A stretch of DNA of 64,000 bases, from positions 3,100,001-3,164,000 of the forward strand of contig CAKKNE010000001.1 of NCBI GenBank assembly GCA_918797485.1. The letters are read 5' to 3'. The notes beneath the pieces were generated by a model, which was not told where the DNA came from, did not search any database, and saw nothing but the letters and a program-made list of their open reading frames with translations. Both the position numbers and the translations under genes were made by a program. Positions 20,704-30,986 of this stretch are shown here, piece after piece (the first letter of the stretch is position 1; every line of letters starts with the position of its first letter). Source of the DNA: Pelagomonas calceolata. Its lineage: Eukaryota.

Positions 20704-21279
20704 GTGTGCCCGGCCAGGCCACAGCAGGCACGACGCCGGTCGTGCCCCGAGGACCCTCCACTAAATGCGGACGTGGCCATCGACGTGGGATTATTTAGAA
20801 CGACGGCCGCCACGAAGCGGCGCTGGGCGCACCAGCGCCTCGCGGGCGCCGCGCTGACGCGGTTCGTGCAGCTGAATTTGGAGGACGCGGACCCATACCG
20901 CTTGTCGTCTATTGCTAGAGCCGAGGCGCGCAAGGCGACCGACCACGCTGAAAGCTGTGTTGCCGTCCTGATGGACCCGCGCCGCGGCAGCGACGCCCTC
21001 GAGGCCGCCCTGGGCGAGGCCCCCTCGAACCTGAAGGGCCTCGTCGGGCTCGCCCGGAGTATCTGTACAAAGGACGTCGCTTCTGTAAGTCTGACCGGCG
21101 GCTCATCACAGCTCCCCGGCCTGCGTCGCGCGCTCGCGCGGGCGCTGCCCCAGAACTGGCGGCTGCTGCCGGCGGAGGGCGACTCTGCTACTCTCTCTTG
21201 GCGAGCCGTCGCTGAGAAGGCTGCTGCTCGCGACATCGCGTGGGCGGAACTTGATGTGCCCACCCATGTAAGAACATGA
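20704..21279 (+). CDS. Divergent actin-like ATPase-fold fragment (5' structure unresolved; possible upstream exon from ATG 20571)
   Basis: VAIDVG (phosphate-2-like) and SVSLTGGSSQLPGLRRALARAL (adenosine motif of the actin/Hsp70 fold). Confidence 0.5.
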   Translation: MCPARPQQARRRSCPEDPPLNADVAIDVGLFRTTAATKRRWAHQRLAGAALTRFVQLNLEDADPYRLSSIARAEARKATDHAESCVAVLMDPRRGSDALEAALGEAPSNLKGLVGLARSICTKDVASVSLTGGSSQLPGLRRALARALPQNWRLLPAEGDSATLSWRAVAEKAAARDIAWAELDVPTHVRT

Positions 21280-21283
21280 TGTT

Positions 21284-21672
21284 TTAGTGCCTACTCCGGG
21301 TAAGCATTGCCGCCAATGCCCCGACTGCGAGGCCGAGCGCTATCGCGCGCCACGCGCTCGTCGGCGCCGCGCCGCCGCCGCCGCAGGACGCGAGGAGGAG
21401 CGCGTCGGACGCGGTCGCCGGCCGCCGGCTCCCGCGGGCCACGAGGCCCCGGGCGGCGTAGAGGTCGTGCTTCGTGACCAGAAATTCGCGGACCTCCGCT
21501 AGCGTGCGATAGACCGGCGCGAGCTTCTCGCGCACGTTGATGGCTGATTTCGTGCCGTCGGCGCCGTAGCGTTGGCCCTGCGCGTAGGTTCGTGGCCGGT
21601 CGCGGTCAGGTATTCATTCACCGCCTCCGGGTCGTATGGCGCCAGGTTGATGGCGAAGTGATCCAGCGTTTC
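21284..21672 (-). pseudogene. Frameshifted fragment of a glyoxalase/VOC-family gene joined to a C-terminal TM tail
   Basis: LDHFAINLAPYDPEAVNEYLTATGHEP, then a 1-nt shift to YAQGQRYGADG, resembling VOC LDHFCLRVEPFD...RYGAEG; preceded by an in-frame TAG with no ATG. Confidence 0.55.
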
Positions 21673-21797
21673 CTAGCGCGCCGTCGCCACGAGGCGTGCG
21701 AGCGACCCACAAGGCCTCGAGTGCGGGTCGTCAGTGACTCCGGGGCCTAAATCACTTTCATATTACACAACTTGGATGCGGAGGAGGGATGCCGCGA

Positions 21798-22163
21798 CTA
21801 CGTCAAGTCCGGGAGTTCGTCGGCGTCCGCGTCCGTGAGGCCCGTCGGTGCGGTCGGCGCGGCGGGCGGCGCCTTTACAAGAACTGCCACGACGATCGAC
21901 TTGGCGTTTTCTGCAGCTGCCACGACGCCCGGCCAGGCCGCGACGATGTCCGGCCAGGCCAACGCCACCGCGGCACAGAACGAGACGTACCACATGAATC
22001 GCGGGTAGAGTTGACAGAATGAGATGAGATGCGCCATGAATATCGACGTGTAGAGCGCCTGCCGGGGCGTCAATCCGAGGTGCTGGGTGACCACCTTGCT
22101 CAGCGTGCTGGGCTGAAGCTCCACCGCAGATGCCGCAACGGCCGCCGCGGTGTTTGTCGCCAT
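21798..22163 (-). CDS. Small hypothetical membrane protein
   Basis: 121-aa ATG ORF with two hydrophobic segments and host-like codon usage. Confidence 0.55.
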   Translation of the reverse strand: MATNTAAAVAASAVELQPSTLSKVVTQHLGLTPRQALYTSIFMAHLISFCQLYPRFMWYVSFCAAVALAWPDIVAAWPGVVAAAENAKSIVVAVLVKAPPAAPTAPTGLTDADADELPDLT

Positions 22164-22597
22164 CGTGTTGGCGAGCTCACGCGCGCTTTCGTGGATCAGC
22201 GCAGCGACGCTGCGGCACAGCGATCGTACCGGTGCTGTGACGGCGCGGTGGAGGTCGGCGTCGCGGCGACGCTGAGGATGAGCGCTGGACGCAAAGCGGC
22301 TGGTAGCGGCACCACGGTGCGGCGCGGCGGCTAATTTCGCACGCGTCCGAGCGCGACACGATGTCTGTTGAGTCTACGCTAACCAGCCTGGCGCACGGGC
22401 CCGGACAGGCGGCGTACGCGGCTCTAAACTGCTTAACCGCATCGCGTCCAAAATTGTGCACGGGTTTTGACCCCCAGCCCAGTCGTAGAACGTTCCTGGC
22501 TTAGCCATCCCATGGTCGAGCTGCCTTTCGTTGTTTTTCAAATTGTCCAGATTTTGTGAGAGCAGAGCACAAGAGCTTCGGGACAAAACGTACGCGC

Positions 22598-24320
22598 ATG
22601 AAGCGCCGGGCCACGAAAGAGCCGCAGCACAAAATTCCTGGTTGGTTGGTGACTGCGTGCGATAGCGCTGCCGAAAGAGCCGAGGGCGACACTCCCGCAG
22701 GGGCAGCCAACAAACTGGTGCAGGCCTACAGCTGCCCGCTGCTCTATCGCACGCCGAAATCTGCGCGGTGGTGGGCCAGGAGGCAGAAAGTCCGACTGAC
22801 CCACCTGGAGCTGCTGGAAATTATCGAAGAGGTTACGTCGGCCAATGCGTACGCGTTCCACCGCCGGCTAAAGGACCGTGTGCATGGCATTGGCAAGGGT
22901 GCGCGCTTGTTGCGGCAGACGACGCAGGACGAGTGCCGAACGCGCGCCGTGCAGCTGGCGCACGCGCTCCTGCGCAAGGCGCAGACCGACATCATCGGAA
23001 AGGCCAGGAACCGCTGGAAAGATGTGGAGGTCCGCGTCGACCGCCTCAAGGCGAGCCTCGAGGCGAAAAAGGGCGTCAAAGGCCGCAGCACCTTCGACTA
23101 CGACAGTCCCGCGGCCACAAACATGATCCGCCGCGGCGAGTTCAAAGGGCTGCGCGTGGGCGGCTGCAGCTTCGGCAGCGGTAAGGACATGATGCGCGCG
23201 GTCGTCGCGCATGCCAACGGCGTCGGTATCAGTGAAGTGGACGGCTACTACGCGGTGGTGAGCGTCGACGCCGGCCAGGTGCAGGAAGGGGAGACTGGGA
23301 CGACGATGGCTTGTCGTATGGAAGACATCGCCGTGCCGGGCGCCTTGAGGGACGACTTTATCGGCACGCTCCAGCAACGTTGTGACAGCGTCGCGCAGAC
23401 GAAAATCGGGCATGGCGTCCTCGTCGCAGCTGCATCGGCCACGTGCACGGAGTTTTTCAACTTGCGTGCGGCCTTGGAAAACCGCCTCCCGACCCAGATC
23501 AAGCTGCTGGCCCGTATTTTCCGGGATGAAAAGTTCTCCGGGTACGATGGCATTGGGGCGCGCTGGGGTAGCATGTTGCCCCAGGCCCGAGACGCGTTCA
23601 TCTGTGTGGAAATCAAATTTCAGGCACCCCACGCCATCGACGTGAGTACGGCGTCTGCTCGATGGCGTGGAGGCCGACGACTTCAGGTGAAGCAACCTAA
23701 CTCAGTCTATGATTTCCACACAGGCGTTCATCGCGAAGATGGAGCGCGATTACAATGCGTCGGAGGCAAAAAAGAATGCGACGTCGTTCCATCTCGCGAA
23801 CGTCGAAATGTCTCGAGACCCTTCGGTCCAGTCGGCGTTCGGAGAGGGTCGGAATTGGCGTTCGGACCGGCCGACGCCGATGGTCCACGAGTTTACGCAA
23901 TCGATGCATCTATATTTTAAGAAGTTTGGAATCCTGCCGGACGGCTGCAAGTTGGTGATCGTCAAGGGCCGCTACTTCTACCAAGAAGAGACGATGCTGC
24001 CCGGTCTGGAGCTGCTGCCGCGGGACGCAGTGCGGACAAAACGGTACTATGGCCTGCGGGAGGGGCAGCAACCGAACGGCATGGTCGGGCGCGGTGCCGG
24101 TGCACAGGTCATCGAGTGCGGCGTGCATCAACTCCTCTTGCTGCAGGAGCGGGCCGACGTGTTGTTCACCGCTGACGTTGTCGAGTACTTTAAGAAAGAA
24201 CAAGCCGAGTATCAGGAACGGCATAGCAATGGCAGCAAGAGACGCGGCGATTACCCGCCCCACGACTCGCTCGTCGACTGCACGATGAGGATGCCGGTGC
24301 GCCTCGTGCAGTTCGACTAG
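22598..24320 (+). CDS. Hypothetical protein (~530 aa), no recognisable domain; exons 22598-23593 and 23724-24320
   Basis: Two long ORFs joined exactly by introner removal: MLPQARD|AFIAKMERDY. Confidence 0.8.
23594..23731 (+). mobile_element. Introner element (23602-23723) with perfect 14-bp TIR and perfect 8-bp TSD GCGTTCAT; GC-AG intron 23594-23723
   Basis: GCGTTCAT-CTGTGTGGAAATCA...TGATTTCCACACAG-GCGTTCAT. Confidence 0.93.
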
Positions 24321-24410
24321 TCTGGGCCTTAGTTTAAGTTGTAGGTGTTGTTGACTCGTCGAGAACGCATCACTAGCGAGGGGTGCTTTGCTTCTCCGCG
24401 GGCGCGGCCC

Positions 24411-24697
24411 CGAGCTCGCCGCACGCCGCCCCAAACTCGCGGCGCCGATAACGAGCGCCCTCGCGGCGGCGCGTGGCGCCCGCGAGCACCTCAAACCGCC
24501 GCGCGAAGACGGCCATAAGCGACGCGACCCGCGACAGCGGCGGCGGCCACGCCGAGCGGCGAGCTCGCCGAGCGCCGCCCCAAACTCACGGCGCCGATGA
24601 CGAGCGCCCTCGCGGCGGCGCGTGGCGCCTGCGAGCGCCTCAAACCGCCGCGCGACGACGGCCATAAGCGACGCGACCCGCGACAACGGCTGCCACG
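24411..24697. repeat. Tandem duplication, 149-bp period, about 1.9 copies
   Basis: CGAGCTCGCCG...CCCCAAACTC...GGCCATAAGCGACGCGACCCGCGACA starts at 24411 and again at 24560 with scattered substitutions. Confidence 0.9.
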
Positions 24698-25001
24698 GGC
24701 CGGCATCGTGAGCTTTCGATATCAATTCGACGGCGACGTCGCCTCGAACATGGATATCAAGCACCTCACGGGCGTCAGTGAGGCCGCCGCCTCGTCGCAC
24801 GAGATAGGCGTCGCGTCGCGGCGTCAGGAAGAAGTAGTATGAGAGGCACTCCGCGCGGCGACCTCGCGGGCAGTGTTCTCGGATCGAGGTGGTTCGCGAG
24901 TACATAGATGCCACGGGGGCGTTTAGGATCGCTCCGGCACTCTACGGACCCGTGACCACAACAGTAGAGCAGCAGATGAAAATTCCTACATCATTGCAAG
25001 T

Positions 25002-25750
25002 ATGTCTGCTCGAGGTGTGGGGTGTCGCGCGTCAGCGCAGCGTGGATTGACTCGCTTTGGCGCGAAGGGTTCCGACGGACCGGCGGTCAGACTGCAGTTT
25101 TTTAAGCACAGCTGCAGCAGTACGTGTCGACCGAAGCTCTCCAGCTGTATGCGCGGCACTGCAAGGGCGCCGAGCGGTCGCAGCGCTGCGCAGAGACCCG
25201 GCGAACCATCGAGGATGCAGCGCACGCGCTGGCACATCCGGGTACGACGCCCGGCGCCATGCGCCACTACCACGCGCGGCACGGCTGCACGCGGTGCACG
25301 CCGGAGGCCGCCGCGGCCTGTGCGGAATTCCCACGAATTGTGGAGATCGGCGCGGGCCGGGGCCACTGGGCGCGGGCGCTCGGAGACGCGGGCGTCGCCG
25401 TCGAGGCGTACGACGACGGCTCGGCGCTGCCCGGCCGCGGTCCGCCCGTGTTTCCCGTTAATAGGGGAGACGGCCTGGCCGCGGTGAGAGCCAGCCCGGA
25501 CGCCGCGCTGTTACTGGTCTTCCCGCCGCCGACGCCCATGGCTCTGGACGCGCTCGACGCGTTCGCGGGGCGCGTCGTGCTCTACGCGGGCGAGCCGCGC
25601 GGCGGCGCGAACGGCACGGACGCCTTCTTCGACGCCTTGGACGCGCGATACTACGTCGCGGCGACGGTCGCGCTGGATCCGTTCCCGGGCGGGGTCGAGA
25701 AGCTGTTCGTGCTGCGGCGGCGGCGTTTTAGGTGGTGGTGGTTTTGGTAA
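25002..25750 (+). CDS. Class I SAM-dependent methyltransferase-like protein; probable micro-exon 25002-25014 and intron 25015-25106
   Basis: IVEIGAGRGHWARAL, LLLVFPP, VLYAGEPRGGANG. The proposed splice gives MSARAQLQQYVSTEAL; the 5' model is tentative. Confidence 0.7.
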
Positions 25751-26174
25751 TTTGTGTCACGTGTTTGAATCGGATGATGTCTGCAAAAGGACTCCAAGGG
25801 CGACGCGCTCTACACGTCCTAGGTCGCGGCGATGGCGTCGAGTAAGCATCCTCTTCAACGGTCCCTAGTAGAAAGAAGCGCCCGCCGCTTTGTGGTGGAG
25901 AAGGATAGTTGCTATTACTCGTACTTAGAGTCCGCGCCTTGCACCCGAATATCATTAATGAAATTTGATCTCAGCTTTCGGCAATGAGCCACTTTTGAGG
26001 GGGCGATGTTCCTGCGAGAGAGAGAGAGAGAGAGCCACTTATTGAACCCACAGGTTCCTGCAGGCTAGCGGGCTGAAGACACTAGACATCAACTCAGTGT
26101 CTGTCGATAAAACACAGAAATCGGTACAAAGCACCGCCACGCAGCCCACCCAGCAGCGCGAGATTGCACGGCCC

Positions 26175-26930
26175 ATGGCGCACCTAGATAACGGTACCCA
26201 GGGAGTCACGGCGGCGCTGCAGGGCATGACACTGGCCTCCATCGCTAATGCTTTATTGAGCGAAGAGCAACTCAGGCTGGTACTGGAGGCACTGGCGAGC
26301 CCCGCGCCAGGCGACCAGGAGCAGGCCGCGAAGGCGTTGGCGAACCGTGCCAAAATCGACCGCGCCAACCGCGCTCAGATCTTCGGGGCCGGCGCCATCC
26401 CGCCACTCGTGAGGCTCTTAAGGAACGGCACGGCCGGCGGCAAGAACCAGGCCGCGCGGGCGTTGACTTACCTCGCGCAGAACAACGAGATCCGCGACGC
26501 GATCGCCGAAGAAGGCGCCCTCGAGCTGCTCGTCGCGCTCGAGGCGGCCACCGGCCGCGGTCCGCGCTGTCCGCCCACGATGGCGTTGCAAAGGCTCACC
26601 TACCACAACGAAAACAACCGCGACGCGATCAAAAGACTACGGGCCGCGGCGAAGCGGGCCCAGGTGTCCCGGGGGCAGAACACTGCGGTCGCTGCGACAC
26701 CGTCTGGTGATGTGAACGCGTCGAGGGCGCGGGAAGGCCGTTGTGTGGTTTGCTTGGTTGCCGAGGCCAAGATGTCGTTCGTCCACGGGGACACAGAACA
26801 CCTGGCTTGCTGCGAGGCATGTGCGCCAGAATTCAACGTTGTTCCTGAAGGCGTACGTCCTGATGAACGATCTAAATGTCCCGTCTGCCGCCTAGGTATT
26901 GACCGCATCGTCAGACACTTCACCGCTTAG
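26175..26930 (+). CDS. Armadillo-repeat + C-terminal RING (C3HC4, IAP/MDM2-like) putative E3 ligase
   Basis: AGAIPPLVRLL, AARALTYLA, EEGALELLV; CVVC...HGDTEHLACCEACA...CPVCR. Confidence 0.88.
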   Translation: MAHLDNGTQGVTAALQGMTLASIANALLSEEQLRLVLEALASPAPGDQEQAAKALANRAKIDRANRAQIFGAGAIPPLVRLLRNGTAGGKNQAARALTYLAQNNEIRDAIAEEGALELLVALEAATGRGPRCPPTMALQRLTYHNENNRDAIKRLRAAAKRAQVSRGQNTAVAATPSGDVNASRAREGRCVVCLVAEAKMSFVHGDTEHLACCEACAPEFNVVPEGVRPDERSKCPVCRLGIDRIVRHFTA

Positions 26931-26987
26931 GCTATAGTGAAATAGCTCACTTCCTGCACATGCATCCAATCCCCATCGTCGTCGTCG

Positions 26988-27024
26988 AAAAAAATCACAA
27001 AAAAAAAAAACAAAAAACAAAAAA
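26988..27024 (+). repeat. A-rich tract
   Basis: AAAAAAATCACAAAAAAAAAAAACAAAAAACAAAAAA, unique in this GC-rich window. Confidence 0.9.
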
Positions 27025-27058
27025 TCCAGCCTGAGGGGGCTGGCAACAACCTCTTACC

Positions 27059-27127
27059 GGAGAATTAGCTCAGTGGAAGAGCGTTCGCCTAGTGCGAAAG
27101 ACATGGTTTCGACTACCATATTCTCCT
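27059..27127 (+). tRNA. tRNA-like sequence/pseudo-tRNA resembling tRNA-Ala(AGC), with a 5-nt anticodon loop
   Basis: Acceptor GGAGAAT/ATTCTCC; D-arm GCTC-AGTGGAA-GAGC; anticodon arm TTCGC-CTAGT-GCGAA; T-arm ATGGT-TTCGACT-ACCAT. Confidence 0.7.
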
Positions 27128-27249
27128 CCGATGTTATTACACTGGCTTATTCTAGTGAACCTCCCCTATAGTGAACCCCCACTAGCCCTATCCGGAATAT
27201 CGTTCTAGAACCTTATTCTGTTGTTGTTGATCCTAAGACACATAACACA

Positions 27250-28452
27250 TTACTCCCCCGCTGCCGCCGCCGCCTCCGCGTCGAGCGGCGGCTTCGGAGG
27301 CGTCGCTTCGGCGGGCAGCGCGTCCTTCACGGGCGGCAGGAACGACGCGGGAGCGGGTGCGGGCGCAGGCGCGTCCACGTCCGCCTCACTCAACCCGGAA
27401 ATGCGCGCCAGCGCCGCGGCCCGCTCCTCCTCGCGCCGCTTCTTTTCAGCGGCCTCGCGCTTGGCCGCGGCCAGCGAGCCCATGGAGCCGAACGCCCCCA
27501 GACTCTTCGCGTGCTTGAGGACGTGCGCGGCGCCCTTGTCGAGCTTGCCGCGCAGCTTGGCCCGGCGCTGCTCGTCCCGGATGGCTTGCCGCCGCTCTGC
27601 CTCGGCGCGAGCCGCGGCCTCCCGTCGCCGTTTCGTCTTCTGGGCGTTTTTGGCATCGAGCTTGAGCTGCTCGAGGCAGTAGATCCAGCGCGGCGTCTCT
27701 TCCTCGATGGCGTCCGTGTTCACGCCGACCCGCGTCAAGTCCGCCAGTCGCTCGTCGACGTAGTCCTCGAACTTTTGTTTGGTCCAGATGTCCACCAGCC
27801 CGCGCCCGTCGAGCTGATACGCGTCGAAGATCTTCAGCCAGTCGTAGGTGTGTTCGATCTTCACCTTGAGCCCCGCGCTCTCGGCCCAGGCGTGCGCGTC
27901 CTCGACTGTCCACCGCTTCAGGGGGTGCACCTCGTCCATGAGCAGCGGGTTGAGATCTCGCGCCGTTTTCTCATTCCCGTTGCGATAATTCCGTTCGGCG
28001 TCGAACTCCTCGATGAGCATCGTCAAGACTTCCCTCCGATTGGGGTACTGGGCGTTGTCCGGTCTTGCGGCCAGCATCAATAAACTCTCGCCGGAGGGGT
28101 TGCCTCCTAGATAGCTTGAATGAGTACCCCACGTCGCGTACCGAAAGCCGCCGTAGGCGCCCTCCGCCGTCCGCAAATTAACATTGGCACCAGGTCGGCG
28201 AAACGCCACCCGCAGCCGCTCGACGTCGCCCAGCCGGTTCGCCTCCAACACCTCCATCTGCCAGCTCTGCCGCGGCACCTCCAGCTTCAATCGGTTCTTG
28301 AGCCGGCGCTCGCCGGGCATCAGGAACTCGTCATCGCTCGACTCCTCGCCCTTCTCCTCCTGCAGCGCGACGCGTTCGGCCGCGAGCTCCGCCGCGCCCT
28401 TCCCGCGCTCGGCGCCCGTGCGGGCCGTGTCGACGACGCGTTTGGGGGGCAT
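27250..28452 (-). CDS. Ankyrin-repeat + SAM-domain + coiled-coil protein
   Basis: GDVERLRVAFRRPGANVN, GESLLMLAA, NGNEKTARDL (ankyrin); WTVEDAHAW...IFDAYQLDGRGLV (SAM). Confidence 0.8.
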   Translation of the reverse strand: MPPKRVVDTARTGAERGKGAAELAAERVALQEEKGEESSDDEFLMPGERRLKNRLKLEVPRQSWQMEVLEANRLGDVERLRVAFRRPGANVNLRTAEGAYGGFRYATWGTHSSYLGGNPSGESLLMLAARPDNAQYPNRREVLTMLIEEFDAERNYRNGNEKTARDLNPLLMDEVHPLKRWTVEDAHAWAESAGLKVKIEHTYDWLKIFDAYQLDGRGLVDIWTKQKFEDYVDERLADLTRVGVNTDAIEEETPRWIYCLEQLKLDAKNAQKTKRRREAAARAEAERRQAIRDEQRRAKLRGKLDKGAAHVLKHAKSLGAFGSMGSLAAAKREAAEKKRREEERAAALARISGLSEADVDAPAPAPAPASFLPPVKDALPAEATPPKPPLDAEAAAAAGE

Positions 28453-28722
28453 AGCTCAGGGTGTTGTGCGCGTCGACGGCGTCTAGGGAGGCTGCCTCTC
28501 GTGCGCTGTACCTGTTTTGGGCTGCCCCCAGCGCCGACACCGGCGTCTTGGGAGGCTTGTCGTGCACTGCCACCTGTGGGCACCCAGCCGCGCCCCAGCG
28601 CCGACACAACACACTAGACGGTTTCCTAGAGCCTCTCAGCAAACCAGCCACTGCGGGACTTTAGGGCCTCCGCACGAGGCGGGAACCGGCGTGGGGGGCG
28701 TGAAACCGGGTTGACGCGGCCT

Positions 28723-29955
28723 CGCCGACCCCATCTACCGCCGTGCCGAGTTTGGTGCCGGGCAGCGCGGCGGAAGGCGGGCAACGGCAGCCCACTTTTT
28801 CACAGACGGGCCACGGCCCGCCTTAAGTACCGAGAAAAATGTTAGTTCGGAGATATATCACGGCCGGGTACGTGAACGTGCGCTGGGTGTCTTCAAACTT
28901 TGGGTTCCACGCACTTTCGCGTCGGCGCGGCCGTCGACGCGTATAATACGGCACAAAACGGGGAGCCCTTCGCTCGTATCGCAGCCGCACGATCTTCGGA
29001 GCAGTGTGGGACCGAGACATGGTGTCCGCACTCGAGCATGCCGGAGCTGTGGAGCTCTCGATGCGATCCTGGCGATTTATCAGCGGTCGAAGACGGTGCG
29101 CCGTCGACCGTCTTGAGGGCCCGCGTTCTCGGCGCCATCAAGTTGTTGTGTCTTCCTGCTTTGGCACGGCCATCGGCGCTATGAAAAGCGGCTCCGGGCC
29201 CCTTCGGCGCCGCCGAGGGGCCCCATCGCGCCTCGGTGGGCCCATTGCGCCTCGGTGGGTAAAATTCTAGGCTGTAAACTGAGGACAAACCCTCCCCAGG
29301 CCAGCGCAAAGCGGGTCGCGTTGGGCCAATTAGTACATAGTCCTATCAGAAGCCGAATGAGAGGGTTATACGACGCCCCCCTACCGAGCTACAGCCCCCC
29401 TTTGCTCTCCGTCCCATAGAAATGGGCCGATAATGGGGCCTACCGGGCCCCAATGGGGCCTCTCGGCGCCGCCAAGGCGCCCGGAGCCGCGTTTCATAGT
29501 AAAAATGGCTTGACCAAAGCAGGAGGACACAACAACTTAATGGCGCCGAGAACGCGGGCCCTCAAGACGGTCGACGGCGCACCGTCTTCGACCGCTGATA
29601 AATCGCCAGGATCGCATCGAGAGCTCCACAGCTCCGGCATGCTCGAGTGCGGACACCATGTCTCGGTCCCACACTGCTCCGAAGATCGTGCGGCTGCGAT
29701 ACGAGCGAAGGGCTCCCCGTTTTGTGCCGTATTATACGCGTCGACGGCCGCGCCGACGCGAAAGTGCGTGGAACCCAAAGTTTGAAGACACCCAGCGCAC
29801 GTTCACGTACCCGGCCGTGATATATCTCCGAACTAACATTTTTCTCGGTACTTAAGGCGGGCCGTGGCCCGTCTGTGAAAAAGTGGGCTGCCGTTGCCCG
29901 CCTTCCGCCGCGCTGCCCGGCACCAAACTCGGCACGGCGGTAGATGGGGTCGGCG
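28723..29955. repeat. Long inverted repeat: arms 28723-29164 and 29514-29955 (442 bp, about 2 mismatches seen), with degenerate extensions inward and outward to about 28610/30075
   Basis: The arms are reverse complements; the ORF track shows mirrored identical peptides on opposite strands. Confidence 0.95.
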
Positions 29956-30263
29956 GGTCCACGTTATCCAGCCAGCACCCACCCCCATCCCACTTCCCGC
30001 GTCGCGCGGGCGGCCTCAATTATGGGGCCTAACGTGCGGGTCCGCCTGCTGGTTTGCGGCGGGTGGGCTAGTGTGACAAGCTGCCGATTTGCGTGCGGGG
30101 CGCGATCGTTGAGCGTGGTCGGGGCTTCGGGTCCGTCCTAGCTTTGATTAATGTGTTATAGTGACTTCGAACACGAAAGGAAGGGAGTGGTGTTTTGCGA
30201 AAGGGAGGGATGTGTCTCTGAGCCAGTACTGCACTGCACGTCAAGGCCGGGCTCGCTGCTCTT

Positions 30264-30896
30264 CTACCAACCATTCACGCCTCCACCCGCGTAGTCTGAA
30301 ACTTGGGTGGGCGAGATCAGGATACGATCGTCGTGCCCGCAACATGATCCGATGGCTCTGCGGCGTTTGTTATCGTATGAGAACTGGACGAGGAGCCGCT
30401 TGGGCAAGCCATGCGCGGAGGTGTTCCCGAAATGAACAGTGTGGCCTTGTTGGTTGTGTGGCCTTATGTCGAGGGTGTCGCCCGTGACCAGCCTCCGGAC
30501 TTGTGCCGTGACGTCGTCTCCACGGTAGCGCAGACATTTAGCTATGAAATCATCGGGCGGCAAGTACTCGACTGGGTCGTGCGTACCTTCGATGTGGTCC
30601 GGTACGTTTCCGTAGTAGGCAAAGTGCACGACGAGCCGCGGCCGCGCGCAGAAAGACACCAACGTCGGATGCAGCAGAACGCACAGACCACGGCTGCCAT
30701 TAATGCTCTTCGGCACCGCCCTCCCCAGTCCGGGCTGCGGGAGCACGAAGGCGCGGGCATATGTGCTGAGCTTGCATGCAGCCTTTGCATCGACCATTGG
30801 CAGGATCTCGTTTACGATGAGCTCGGGCGGTAAATCATGGAGCCAACGCAGACCGGGCTGGCCATACCACTCGATGCGGGGTTCCTGTCTTGCCAT
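30264..30896 (-). CDS. F-box + DUF3395/lectin-like beta-domain protein
   Basis: LHDLPPELIVNEILPMVD (F-box); AYYGN...DVTAQVRRLV...HFGN...KRLLVQFSY (DNAJC11 C-terminal DUF3395-like pattern). Confidence 0.72.
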   Translation of the reverse strand: MARQEPRIEWYGQPGLRWLHDLPPELIVNEILPMVDAKAACKLSTYARAFVLPQPGLGRAVPKSINGSRGLCVLLHPTLVSFCARPRLVVHFAYYGNVPDHIEGTHDPVEYLPPDDFIAKCLRYRGDDVTAQVRRLVTGDTLDIRPHNQQGHTVHFGNTSAHGLPKRLLVQFSYDNKRRRAIGSCCGHDDRILISPTQVSDYAGGGVNGW

Positions 30897-30986
30897 CGCT
30901 GCGTCAAGTGCGTGATCTCCAGAAATTTCCGCTGGCTCTTAGCTGCTCTGTGCATGTGCAGGGAGGCTTTGTTTGCCGGCGGCAAG

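Noticed and set aside
22556..24320. Two separate genes or a programmed frameshift
   Set aside because: Fully explained by the introner with a perfect TIR and TSD.
24411..24697. CRISPR-like array
   Set aside because: Only two long tandem units with no unique spacers, no cas genes, and a eukaryotic context.
26016..26034. (GA)n microsatellite
   Set aside because: Short simple repeat with no evident significance.
28823..29855. Duplicated small proteins on opposite strands
   Set aside because: Mirror ORFs generated by the inverted repeat; mostly non-ATG starts and no recognisable domains.
28612..30073. Firm call as a CACTA transposon
   Set aside because: The ends read CACTAG/CTAGTG but the flanks (ACA versus TGA) are not a direct duplication, and no transposase is present.
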